Below are positions 50,808-60,697 of a stretch of 64,000 nt of DNA, piece by piece. The notes beneath the pieces were generated by a model, which saw only the letters and a list, made by a program, of their open reading frames with translations, had not been told where the DNA came from and ran no database searches. The stretch comes from an uncultured Gemmatimonadota bacterium (GTDB lineage: Bacteria > JAAXHH01), in assembly GCA_964593235.1 (NCBI GenBank), contig CAZQGS010000039.1, positions 44,394-108,393 of the forward strand, written 5' to 3'. The first letter of the stretch is position 1; the number at the start of each line of letters is the position of its first letter. The position numbers and the translations under genes were made by a program.

Positions 50808-51932
50808 TTACGAACATTCCATGGAATCCCCATTGCGAAGATAATTTTCTATAAAAATATCAAGCTCTCCATTCATAACAGACTGTATATTACCAATTTC
50901 TGTTCCAGTACGATGATCCTTAACCATCGTATAGGGATGAAAAACATAGGATCTAATCTGACTCCCCCAAGCTATTTCTTTTTTGTCGCCTTCTAAACGC
51001 TCACGTTTTTCTCGGATCGCCTCCTGCCTTTGTTGATAAAGACGAGACATCAATACCTTCATAGCACTTTCCCGGTTTCGATGTTGTGAACGTTCTGATT
51101 GACACTGAACAACAATACCAGAAGGTTTGTGGGTTAGACGCACCGCTGACGACGTTTTATTTACATGTTGGCCGCCAGCTCCACTTGCCCTATAAACATC
51201 AATTTCCACATCAGATTCGTTAAGATCAAGTTCACCTGGATCATCTATTTCAGGCAACACAGAGACCGAAGCAAATGAAGTATGCCGTCGATGGTTAGAG
51301 TCAAATGGGGAGATCCGCACAAGCCGATGAACACCTGCTTCCGCCTTAAGATATCCATACGCGTATTCTCCAGAAACTTCTATAGAGATACTTTTTATAC
51401 CTGCCTCATCACCAGGTTGTAGGTCTAAAGTGTCAAATGCATATCCTTGAGACTCCATCCACCTTAAGTACATACGCATTAACATCTCAGCCCAATCTTG
51501 TGACTCTGTCCCACCAGCCCCGGGGTGAATAGATAAGATGGCATTTTTAGTATCATCAGGCCCAGATAGTAAACTTTGTAATGTTGCTTCTTCTAATAGC
51601 TTATCAAGGACTTTAACCCCAACTTCAATTTCCTCTAAGACATCCTGATCACGTTCCTCGCTAGCTAATTCATAGAGTGTTTCAAGATCTTCGGTTTTGC
51701 CTTCCATCACATTCCATTTTTCAATAATCTTCTTATGATCGCTAATTTGTCTACTTATTTGTTGAGCTTTTGCCTGCCGTTCCCAAAATTCAGGAGTAGC
51801 CATCACTTCTTCAAGTTGGGCCACCTCCTCAACCCGTTTTTCTAGGTCAAATCCCCTCGAGAGAAAAGTTAGCTGCTCTCGATAATTCTCCAAGGTTTTC
51901 TTTATTTCAGACATCTCCATCATTTCTATCAA
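50808..51932 (-). CDS. prfB: peptide chain release factor 2 (single uninterrupted ORF, no +1 frameshift site)
   Basis: RF2-specific SPF tripeptide (RISPFDSNHRRHTSF) and GGQ (GAGGQHVNKT). The N-terminal region is in frame through the position where many bacteria carry the CUU-UGA shift site. Confidence 0.9.
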   Translation of the reverse strand: MIEMMEMSEIKKTLENYREQLTFLSRGFDLEKRVEEVAQLEEVMATPEFWERQAKAQQISRQISDHKKIIEKWNVMEGKTEDLETLYELASEERDQDVLEEIEVGVKVLDKLLEEATLQSLLSGPDDTKNAILSIHPGAGGTESQDWAEMLMRMYLRWMESQGYAFDTLDLQPGDEAGIKSISIEVSGEYAYGYLKAEAGVHRLVRISPFDSNHRRHTSFASVSVLPEIDDPGELDLNESDVEIDVYRASGAGGQHVNKTSSAVRLTHKPSGIVVQCQSERSQHRNRESAMKVLMSRLYQQRQEAIREKRERLEGDKKEIAWGSQIRSYVFHPYTMVKDHRTGTEIGNIQSVMNGELDIFIENYLRNGDSMECS

Positions 51933-52045
51933 TTCTCCCTATACATAATTTTTTAACCAGGGCTGGCTCCAACCTTCCTAAAGATAAAATACTAAGTTAA
52001 TACCCGAAAGGAGGCTTTGATACACAATCGTTCCTTTAATTTTTC

Positions 52046-53089
52046 TCAGAACCTTCTGAATACCTCCTCTACAATTTCTAAATCTCGAATCGAATTGGAG
52101 CCAGAAGGGTTTACGGGATTACCTGTTTGGATAGATTCTATAAAGTGTTCAGCCGCACGACGGAAAGCCCATCCCCAATCAGACTGAGGCTGTATATGTT
52201 GTTGTATTGATCCTGCTTTATAGACGGATACTTTTGCTGGCACATTTCTCAGCAATGGCGGAGGGGATTGAACTTCTACCCAACCATCCTCAAAATAAAC
52301 CTTAAACCCCTCCTCCCAAAAATTTGCGGTAACACTTCCAAGTTCTAAAATCACATCATAGCCATCCATATTAAGAACCATTAGTTTTGTCGGGCTATCT
52401 AAATTAGCAAATTTTAATGCACCCACTTCTCCTAGCAAATAGCGGGCCAGATTAATGTTATGGCAATAAACGTTATTAAATTGGTAAAATTCTTGTATCT
52501 GGTTTCTAGGCAACCATTGGGGAACTCGAGATTCAATTTCTGGATAGGACTCGTTGGTGGTTTCTGCTCGTCCCACACTACACACCCAATCTCCTTTGAA
52601 ACAATAGCCCCTAACATGGGTTATTAATCCTAGTTCATTTGTCATTCTTAATTCATCAAGTATTGAACGAGCTAATTCGATCCCTGGATCAAACCGTTTC
52701 ATATAACCTATCATTAACTGACGATTTCTAGATTCAGCAGTTTCAACCATACGGCGAGCATCAGTCAAATTAGTGGCCATAGGTTTTTCTGTATAAACAT
52801 GTTTACCCGAGTTTAACGAGTCAATTGATATCGGCGCATGCGCATCATCTGAGGTAATATGAACAATCGCATCTATTGAGGAATCCGCACAAAGTTCCTC
52901 ATGTGAGGCACAGAATTTCGGAATACTATATCGATCGGCGACACGAGAGGCTAGGTCTATTCTATAGTCAGCCAATGCAACAACTTCACAATTAGATATG
53001 TCTGTAAAATTAACTAAGTGGGCTAATTGACCCATAAAACCAGCCCCAACAAAACCAATTTTAATCGGTTTTTTTATTTTCCACACCAC
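52046..53089 (-). CDS. Gfo/Idh/MocA family oxidoreductase (second paralog)
   Basis: 347 aa ORF. N-terminal Rossmann motif IGFVGAGFMGQLAHL. Confidence 0.75.
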   Translation of the reverse strand: MVWKIKKPIKIGFVGAGFMGQLAHLVNFTDISNCEVVALADYRIDLASRVADRYSIPKFCASHEELCADSSIDAIVHITSDDAHAPISIDSLNSGKHVYTEKPMATNLTDARRMVETAESRNRQLMIGYMKRFDPGIELARSILDELRMTNELGLITHVRGYCFKGDWVCSVGRAETTNESYPEIESRVPQWLPRNQIQEFYQFNNVYCHNINLARYLLGEVGALKFANLDSPTKLMVLNMDGYDVILELGSVTANFWEEGFKVYFEDGWVEVQSPPPLLRNVPAKVSVYKAGSIQQHIQPQSDWGWAFRRAAEHFIESIQTGNPVNPSGSNSIRDLEIVEEVFRRF

Positions 53090-53174
53090 CTTCCAACAAA
53101 TGTTATTACTCTATATCATTAGAACAAATTCATATCGCCAAAATTACAAAACTTTTGTACATACATTTCTCAGA

Positions 53175-55211
53175 TCATACGTTGTGTTTTGGATTTAGGA
53201 GGTTACTAACCTGGACCGCCTGAAATAACGCAGCTGGTTCAATCTGAGGGCGCAAAGATCTTCGCCTAGGAAACATTGTAATTTCTCCCAACATTGGCGG
53301 GGCAACCACAACTTCTACAACTCCAGGATTTATTCTAATATTTCCCTTGGGGCACTTGGGCCAAATAGAATGGATGCCTCTGAAAGCCATAGGAATGATT
53401 ACGACATCTGGCGGGATTTTGCTAAATAAACCGTGTTGCAAAGGGATCGATTGGATATCAAATGCGGCCGTTGTTCCTTGAGCATAAATGATACCCGGAC
53501 GTTCTTCGAGTAAACTTGAAAAACGTTGGGTAGCGTTGTTAGTATCTCCTGTTCGAGGTAGCACCACGTACCCATCAACTTCTTCAAGCAAACGATCAAA
53601 TTCTCCAGCATTCACTCCAAACATTGTTGTACTCCAAGAACCCAATCTCAGAGTCACATATTCAGTCAAACCAGATCGAGACAAGATGGTACATGGTTGT
53701 GATTTTTCCCATCCTAGAGCATCTAACAAAGCTTGTGTCTGGAGTACTTGATACATGACCGGATGATCAAAGACACTTTGATGAGTGGGGAAGAACAGGA
53801 TCTTATAGCGACCTTCATGGAGTTTTAGATCCTTTGCAAGTTCTTTTACCATCGGATCAACATGAACTTTGACAGAAATTCCAAATATTTTCAGAGTGTT
53901 TTCAGCCCAGTCAAGACTATTTTCCCAGGCAACTTCAAGCCTATCCTTTTCGTTCACATAATCCTTTTCGATTTGAATTTTGTTACGTACATAGTGCCAA
54001 GATGTTCCAATCCACCTTGTTAACCTAAAGGCTCTTTGTATTGCTGAATATCGAGCATTTCGACCGACGTTTGGATATTCCAAAAAACGGCCAAAAGCCT
54101 TGCGATTTAGTAAGGGGGGAGTTCTGATCGGAGTTAGAATACCAACCAACTCATCTGGCAAACTAAAATTCTCCGCACTATCTTTAACATGATGGCTTAT
54201 TTTTTTTATAAGGAAATTACTCTTCTCAACCAAAACACCAGAGAGATCAATCATATCTCTGGTCAGTGAGGTATAATGGTGCCCATACCAATAACCAGTT
54301 GGTTTAAGTTGGGCAGGATTTTCCTGATGAGCCTGAAAAAACTCCACCATCATAGCCTGGCCAAGTCTAATATCTCCCAACAATTCCTCTAGTTTATGAT
54401 GAATATATTTATTCTTCACATTTCTACGGCAAAATTCAGCAAGCAATTCGGCATCCGTAATTATTTTCCATATCGCTGATCCAAAATAGGCAAAATTAGT
54501 ATAGGTATTGTATCTAACGGCGAGTAATTCTCCGGCGGCAAGGTAATCCAAGGTTTTTTTAGCAGTATATTGAAATATGTTTCTAAGTGAAGATTTCGTA
54601 CTATTATCATCAAGTTGAATTTGGTAAAGCATTTCCCATAGTGGATCATCTTTCGACACTATGTTTTTTAGTTTCTCCGCAACTGGTTGGGCATGAGATA
54701 GAGGTACACGGGACAAACGAGCACCAGCAAGAGCTGCTTCACCGTCATCTGGAGTAAAAAGATTACTTGCTCGCAGAACTTCAACGTACACTGTCTGATA
54801 AAGTTCTAAAAACTGACCAGCAGTATTCTCATTTTTTTGAAGAAATTGTTCTCTAACCTGACTATATACCTTAATAGCGTGGTAATATTCAGTAGCTACA
54901 CTCTGAAGTTTATCATATGCCTCTCCCATTCGCTGATCACGGAGCTGGGGCACACCTTCATATATTGCACCAATCAAGCGAGCCCGATAACATAAACCCT
55001 TAAAATCAATCGGACCTTGAGGGGTAACTCCAAGTGGCCATTTCAATAAATCAGCGCTGGTTCCTTCAAAATAGCCCTCGGTATTAGCTACATCTAATAC
55101 CCCTTGGGCAACTTGGTCATAGACAGTCTGAAGTGTTTCTAGGTTTTTAATCAGACTCTTATGATCAAACCAGGTTGCAGTAATATCCAATTCGTTTGAT
55201 GGAGATCCCAT
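53175..55211 (-). CDS. large protein with C-terminal PlsB/PlsC-type (GPAT-like) acyltransferase domain and ~450 aa N-terminal domain of unknown function
   Basis: 678 aa ORF. Acyltransferase block I HQSVFD (HxxxxD) is followed, with appropriate spacing, by YAQGTTAAF (block III-like) and VVIIPMAF (block IV-like). The N-terminus is alpha-helical and unassigned. Confidence 0.5.
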   Translation of the reverse strand: MGSPSNELDITATWFDHKSLIKNLETLQTVYDQVAQGVLDVANTEGYFEGTSADLLKWPLGVTPQGPIDFKGLCYRARLIGAIYEGVPQLRDQRMGEAYDKLQSVATEYYHAIKVYSQVREQFLQKNENTAGQFLELYQTVYVEVLRASNLFTPDDGEAALAGARLSRVPLSHAQPVAEKLKNIVSKDDPLWEMLYQIQLDDNSTKSSLRNIFQYTAKKTLDYLAAGELLAVRYNTYTNFAYFGSAIWKIITDAELLAEFCRRNVKNKYIHHKLEELLGDIRLGQAMMVEFFQAHQENPAQLKPTGYWYGHHYTSLTRDMIDLSGVLVEKSNFLIKKISHHVKDSAENFSLPDELVGILTPIRTPPLLNRKAFGRFLEYPNVGRNARYSAIQRAFRLTRWIGTSWHYVRNKIQIEKDYVNEKDRLEVAWENSLDWAENTLKIFGISVKVHVDPMVKELAKDLKLHEGRYKILFFPTHQSVFDHPVMYQVLQTQALLDALGWEKSQPCTILSRSGLTEYVTLRLGSWSTTMFGVNAGEFDRLLEEVDGYVVLPRTGDTNNATQRFSSLLEERPGIIYAQGTTAAFDIQSIPLQHGLFSKIPPDVVIIPMAFRGIHSIWPKCPKGNIRINPGVVEVVVAPPMLGEITMFPRRRSLRPQIEPAALFQAVQVSNLLNPKHNV

Positions 55212-55256
55212 AATCCTACCACCCTGCTAATTTCAAAAATATCAGGTTAGGCTACA

Positions 55257-56708
55257 CTATTCTTGAGGATATAATTTTCTGCCAAGTTTATGATATACAA
55301 TATTATCGGGGTCATGAACACTTGGTTCGGTTACTACGTGTATTGATCCTGCCCATGGTTCAAACCCAGCTCTAAAATGTGCTGCTGATTTCACTCCAAT
55401 ATATTTCATCTTTCGAGGATCTAAACCAAGGGATTCTGAGAATGCTGTATCAAATGGCTGTTCACGGTCAGTAACAAGGACAACATGGATTCCCAATTGA
55501 CGAATATGAGCCGATGGGCCCATGTTACCCTCAAGCCCTTCTAGCATGGGGCCATGATATCGAAAACCACCATCTGATAGTCCTAATACTTCTACAGTCA
55601 TTGTTACAGGTTCTCCTTGTAAGGGAGAAGATTTTCCACCAATATCCAAAGTAATTGTAGCACCCACACCTACATCCATACATTGTCCTACAGCGTCTGG
55701 ATCAACAATATATAGAATACAAGCGTCCTCAAGATCAGCTTGGATAAACGTCCGTAACATCCCTGTACTATCGCCAGGAGACCCACCCCCAGTATTATCA
55801 TTTCGATCTGCAAATATAACTGGCAATTCATTTTCTTTATGGATTATTTTTAATGTATCATGGGTCGATGGCATCGGCAAGTGCCAATCTGACCTACGAT
55901 CGAAGAGATATTCACCAAGTTCATCTGCATATTTTTGAGCCATATCCTGGTTGTTATCTGTTACTATGTACACAGACGCTCCCATATGCGGTATATCTGC
56001 GAGTGGAAAACATGTTGCGATTGATCCACACACTACCCCAGGCCGATTTTCGATATCATGGAGGTATTCCATCGCTTCCTTCATGGGGTGAAGTGCTGTA
56101 ACCTGGTTCATTCCCCAAACCATAGGTATTTGGTGAAGTGCCATAGTTGGTTGGAGGCCACTTCGAAGGATTTGGATAAGTACATCAGCACATTCTCGGC
56201 CTCGAACTGCCATATCTACCTCTGGGTATGATTCTCTACCGATCAAAACATCAGCTAATTCAACCATTTCCGGCGAAATGTTTGAGTGGATATCTAGTTG
56301 TGCTACAATAGGTATGTCGCCTAGTAAATTACGTACTGCGGCAAGAATATATCCTTCACCATCATCAATACCTTCAGCAACCATCGCACCGTGGAGTTCT
56401 AGTAATACTCCATCTATCTGTCCAGCATTTCGAAATCCTTCTAACATTTCTTGGATTATTTCTTCAAATAGTGTACGGGGAGTGGGGCCGCTCGGATGGG
56501 GTTCTGCTACTATTGTGGGAATTAGTTCAAAATTATGCTCTTCTGCTCCCTCAATAAACCCACCCGTGGGTTTATTAGTACCCCGAAAAACTTTTAAGAT
56601 CTCCTTGCCTCGAAGATTTCCATAACGTTCTTGATAGTTTTTTCGGGTCGTTTTAACAGGAGTAAAGGTACTTGTTTCATGGGCAATGATCCCGGTAACA
56701 ATTCGCAT
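55257..56708 (-). CDS. MlrC-like (peptidase M81) hydrolase, second paralog
   Basis: N-terminus MRIVTGIIAHETSTFTP and an LELHGAMVAEG block. Collinear with the 31553 paralog. Confidence 0.7.
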   Translation of the reverse strand: MRIVTGIIAHETSTFTPVKTTRKNYQERYGNLRGKEILKVFRGTNKPTGGFIEGAEEHNFELIPTIVAEPHPSGPTPRTLFEEIIQEMLEGFRNAGQIDGVLLELHGAMVAEGIDDGEGYILAAVRNLLGDIPIVAQLDIHSNISPEMVELADVLIGRESYPEVDMAVRGRECADVLIQILRSGLQPTMALHQIPMVWGMNQVTALHPMKEAMEYLHDIENRPGVVCGSIATCFPLADIPHMGASVYIVTDNNQDMAQKYADELGEYLFDRRSDWHLPMPSTHDTLKIIHKENELPVIFADRNDNTGGGSPGDSTGMLRTFIQADLEDACILYIVDPDAVGQCMDVGVGATITLDIGGKSSPLQGEPVTMTVEVLGLSDGGFRYHGPMLEGLEGNMGPSAHIRQLGIHVVLVTDREQPFDTAFSESLGLDPRKMKYIGVKSAAHFRAGFEPWAGSIHVVTEPSVHDPDNIVYHKLGRKLYPQE

Positions 56709-56725
56709 TACTTCCCCTCTCTATA

Positions 56726-57094
56726 TCAAGATCGATAAATTCCATAGGCTAAAATAAGCCAACCAAAAATGAAAGCAACCCCACCCACAGGCGTTATAAA
56801 ACCCAACCATTTAATTCCAGTTAGGCTTATTAGGTATAAACTCCCAGTAAATAACATTATACCTAATATAAATGAGACACCGGCTATATTAAAGATCGAA
56901 TCTTCCCACCGTGAAATAGCCCACGCCACAAATAGAAGGGCCAGAGCATGGTAAATTTGGTACCGAACTCCAGTCTGGAAAACTTCCAGGGATTCGGGAA
57001 CCATTAGATTCTTTAAGCCATGTGCAGCAAATGCGCCCGCCAAAACCCCCATAAGGGCTGCTATACAACCTACTATAGCAAAAACTTTATCCAT
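56726..57094 (-). CDS. DUF423 (YgdD-like) small membrane protein
   Basis: 122 aa ORF with four TM helices. N-terminal pattern GALAGAFAAHGL. Confidence 0.55.
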   Translation of the reverse strand: MDKVFAIVGCIAALMGVLAGAFAAHGLKNLMVPESLEVFQTGVRYQIYHALALLFVAWAISRWEDSIFNIAGVSFILGIMLFTGSLYLISLTGIKWLGFITPVGGVAFIFGWLILAYGIYRS

Positions 57095-57097
57095 AGT

Positions 57098-57898
57098 TTA
57101 CCAAATCGGCGCTAACCAGCCACCATCTACAGGCAGTGCTGTGCCAGTGATCCATTCCGCATCATCCGAAGCAAAGAACACACAAGCCCGTCCGATATCC
57201 TTGGGTAATCCCAATCTGGGGAGAGGCGTTTTATCTCGAACATTAGATATTTCTTCCTCCGTCAAATAATCCTGAATCGGAGTTTCAATATAACCTGGGC
57301 ATATTGTATTGGCTGTAATACCATGCGGTGCTAGATCTATAGCGACATCGCGAGTAAGATTGACCAAACCTGCTTTGGAGGATGCATATGCCTGCCCTCC
57401 ACCTCCGTGAAATGCATGTACAGATGCAATATTTATGATTCGACCGCCTTGAGATTGCTTCAGGTAAGGTACGGCAGCTCGGGTTGTGAGGAAACTTGCT
57501 CGCATATTTACCCCCACGATCTGATCCCAAGTCTTAACTGAAAGAGTTTCGATATCCCCTGGAACGAAAATTCCAGCGTTATTAACTAGAATATCCAAAT
57601 CACCAAAAGTCTCTATCGTTTTGTTTACTACCTCATTAACTGCAATTTCTTTAGATACATCCGCCTGGACGAATAGGGCCTCCTTTCCCTGAGACTTTAA
57701 TAGTTCAACTGTAGGAACCATTACATCTCTGTCATGATATTTCCCTTGTTTGGGTTGCTCAATAATATCACAAACCACTACCGTCGCCCCTTCTCTTGCT
57801 AACTCAACACATATGCCCCGACCTATTCCAGAACTACCCCCTGTAACAATAGCAACTCGTTCTTTAAGTTTCACATTGACCTCTATTGTTTTTAGCAA
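57098..57898 (-). CDS. short-chain dehydrogenase/reductase (SDR) family oxidoreductase
   Basis: VAIVTGGSSGIGRG cofactor motif and NNAG. A Y-x3-K catalytic pair (YASSK) is present. Confidence 0.85.
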   Translation of the reverse strand: MLKTIEVNVKLKERVAIVTGGSSGIGRGICVELAREGATVVVCDIIEQPKQGKYHDRDVMVPTVELLKSQGKEALFVQADVSKEIAVNEVVNKTIETFGDLDILVNNAGIFVPGDIETLSVKTWDQIVGVNMRASFLTTRAAVPYLKQSQGGRIINIASVHAFHGGGGQAYASSKAGLVNLTRDVAIDLAPHGITANTICPGYIETPIQDYLTEEEISNVRDKTPLPRLGLPKDIGRACVFFASDDAEWITGTALPVDGGWLAPIW

Positions 57899-58006
57899 TT
57901 AATTATTACGAGTTTTTTATTCTGATTTTAAATAGTTAAATAAAAGTCACAGTAGTAATATAAACTTCACTCACAGTCCAAACCATACTTTTGAGAGGAA
58001 GAGCTG

Positions 58007-59266
58007 ATGAAAATTAAATATGCAAAACGAATTGCTCTAAATATTCCTTTTTATTCTGACCATGTGGACCATGCCATGGCACGGGCAAATACTCATAACG
58101 AACGAGTCTGGATCTATCAATTAGAAACTGATAACGGCCTGGTGAGTATAACTGATGGCCACGCACCTGCCGATACAGCTAGCTTAATCGGGAAGGATCC
58201 TTGGGCTCTTATTTGGAATGATGACATTGGTTTTGGTCCGCAGATAGCAGCTTTTGATCTATGCGGGAAAGAAGCTGGCGTACCTGTCCATGCTTTATTG
58301 GGGAAAAAATTAAGGGATCGTTGTCCCATTTCATGGTGGGACATTGATATGTCACCCGAAGATTGGGTAAAGGAAGCCAAAGAATCTATCGCTAGAGGAT
58401 ATACCTGTTTTAAAATGAAAGCTCGACCATGGCGTGATATTGTTGCTCAGATTGACGCGGTGAGTGAAGTTGTCCCCACCGACTACAAATTTGATGTTGA
58501 CTTTAATGGGTTTTTACTCACCCAAGCTAAAGCGGAACAAATTCTTTCGCAACTTGATCAGCGGATCAATGTAGGTATGTATGAAAGTCCTTTTTATTTA
58601 CGAAAAGATCTTAAAGGTGCACAATTACTCAGGGAACGTATTCAAAAACCTATTGTCGAGCACTTTGGGGAAGATGTCTGGCATGAAGAAGCTAGTGATG
58701 GATTCGTAATTGGTGGAGGAGCTTCTGGTACGATGCGTCAAGGAATTATGGCAGGCGCTCTCAATAAACCATTCTGGCTTCAAATGGTCGGATCAGGACC
58801 AACTACAACCTTCGCAGCTCATATCGGTTCTGTACTCTCACATGCCCAACTACCATACATTACCTGCCATGAACTCTGGAAAACTGACTTACTTAAAGAA
58901 CGTATTGATGTAGTAGATGGATACATGCCAGTGCCCGACAAGCCAGGTCTCGGAATTGAAGTCGATGAGAAAGCTATTGAAAAATATACTGTTGAGGATG
59001 ATGAACCTACTTCAGGTGAAATCTACCGTAGCAAGAAACGAATCCTTCGGGTAGTCTGGCCAGGTACGAACGGCCAGTCACGGGTGTGGGAGTTTACTGA
59101 CGAAAGTATATATCAACCCGAATTTTACAAAGGCAATCTTCCAGGCTTTGAATCTGGTGTTCATCTTGAAATTATCGAAGACGATCACAGTGCTGCCTTT
59201 GCCAAGAAGCATGGAGAGTTAGCGTGTCGAGAGGCTGGTGTAGCTCGAGCCCCTATGGGAATTTAA
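58007..59266 (+). CDS. enolase-superfamily enzyme (mandelate racemase / muconate-lactonizing enzyme-like)
   Basis: 419 aa ORF. N-terminal capping domain with ALWDLCGK-like AAFDLCGKEAGVPVHALLG, followed by a barrel domain of matching length. Confidence 0.6.
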   Translation: MKIKYAKRIALNIPFYSDHVDHAMARANTHNERVWIYQLETDNGLVSITDGHAPADTASLIGKDPWALIWNDDIGFGPQIAAFDLCGKEAGVPVHALLGKKLRDRCPISWWDIDMSPEDWVKEAKESIARGYTCFKMKARPWRDIVAQIDAVSEVVPTDYKFDVDFNGFLLTQAKAEQILSQLDQRINVGMYESPFYLRKDLKGAQLLRERIQKPIVEHFGEDVWHEEASDGFVIGGGASGTMRQGIMAGALNKPFWLQMVGSGPTTTFAAHIGSVLSHAQLPYITCHELWKTDLLKERIDVVDGYMPVPDKPGLGIEVDEKAIEKYTVEDDEPTSGEIYRSKKRILRVVWPGTNGQSRVWEFTDESIYQPEFYKGNLPGFESGVHLEIIEDDHSAAFAKKHGELACREAGVARAPMGI

Positions 59267-59273
59267 AGGGATT

Positions 59274-60554
59274 TCACAGGTGGTTCTGGGAACGTTTAAA
59301 CGTATCTGGAATCACCTGACTTACTCCATTGATGATATAATCTTCGACTTCAATAGTAAAACGATTTGGCAACCCAAAATAAACCGTTGCATCACCACCT
59401 TCATACCCTCCCTCTTTCCAAACTCGGCGAGAGGGGATATACCCTGGTAGATCGTTTGCGTAAGCACCTATCCAAAGTCGATCCGGATCATATATTTTTC
59501 TAAGAATTCGGGCGTAATCGGCAACCACTTCCCCTGCTAGAAAAAGAATCACTAGGTTGTCTCCGAATACCCAGGTTTGGATAGGATATCTGAGAGATTT
59601 GGGTAACTTCTGTCCAGACTGTAGATGAGCTAGCCAATAACGGGCATGGTAACCAATTGGCCCTTCTTCATTAGCCTTTGCCAACCACTCTTTTTTCGAC
59701 GGCATATCATCGTAGGGCAATAAGGTATGGTTCAAAAAGCTATGAGGATTATGAGGCAATATTCGTCCAGACGTGCAGAGTAACCGGTCTACTTCCCTTG
59801 CTATATCAGCACCATGACGACGAGCATGAGACAGTCCTGTACGAGGGAATGGATTGGCATTCCCTGCACATCCGATACTAACAAATGCTGAGACTCCAGG
59901 ATGGTTCTTTTTTATAATTTCCACAGCGAATCCAGCCCAATCACTACAAATGAAGTTATCCGATGGTCCCAAGGTTGTGCAATGACAGGCATAACTAATC
60001 CATACTGCCTTAAGATTACCCTTGGAATCTTCAACTCGTAACATGGGCATTACATGATCAACCGGACCAATCTGTGAACGACGATTCACAGCAAATCCTG
60101 CATGCCCCTCGAAGTAAGTCAGACGACTAGCTTGTCTATTTGCAAGAGCCTTTATTCCTACATCTATCAGAGATTCTATCACTTTCTCTGTGTAGCATTC
60201 TATATTTTTTTTATGATCAAGTGGAAGATCAGTACTGAACAAAAGAGGAGCCACCCCCGATAACATAGGGCCATTATGAGTATGAGTAAAACACACCACT
60301 ATCTGTTCTTGCTTCAGTCCGGTACGGATTTCTAATTCTTTTGTAACTTTTTCCGTGATAGTACCTGAAACTCCACAATTATCTAGAGCCAAAAGCAACA
60401 CTGGCCTCTTGGATCCTATCGCCAGAGCACGAGCGTATAATGAACTAATTGTGCTACAAGTCTCTTCTCGACGGGCGCCATATCCACTTAAACGTATCGG
60501 ATGATCGGGCGTTATATCTGATTCTGATATACCTACAGATACAAGTTTATCCAT
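59274..60554 (-). CDS. neutral/alkaline ceramidase-like hydrolase (N-terminal domain family)
   Basis: 426 aa ORF. N-terminus SVGISESDITPDHPIRLSGYGARRE...LYARALAIG and a later FTHTHNGP resemble the nCDase N-domain blocks. The assignment is tentative. Confidence 0.45.
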   Translation of the reverse strand: MDKLVSVGISESDITPDHPIRLSGYGARREETCSTISSLYARALAIGSKRPVLLLALDNCGVSGTITEKVTKELEIRTGLKQEQIVVCFTHTHNGPMLSGVAPLLFSTDLPLDHKKNIECYTEKVIESLIDVGIKALANRQASRLTYFEGHAGFAVNRRSQIGPVDHVMPMLRVEDSKGNLKAVWISYACHCTTLGPSDNFICSDWAGFAVEIIKKNHPGVSAFVSIGCAGNANPFPRTGLSHARRHGADIAREVDRLLCTSGRILPHNPHSFLNHTLLPYDDMPSKKEWLAKANEEGPIGYHARYWLAHLQSGQKLPKSLRYPIQTWVFGDNLVILFLAGEVVADYARILRKIYDPDRLWIGAYANDLPGYIPSRRVWKEGGYEGGDATVYFGLPNRFTIEVEDYIINGVSQVIPDTFKRSQNHL

Positions 60555-60697
60555 TTATATCGTTATATTTTCTCTTAGTTTAATTAATGTTGTATCAGTT
60601 TAAAGTACCGCAAAGTTATAAATTATTCTAGGTTGCTATATCGCTGTTTTTGGTGAGAATTATATTAGCTCTCTGCACTTTTACTGGTTGATCTAAA

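Noticed and set aside
50808-51932. Programmed +1 frameshift site in prfB
   Set aside because: Looked for it because it is common. The ORF is continuous from Met1 with no internal in-frame UGA, so no frameshift feature is annotated (reported as a finding instead).
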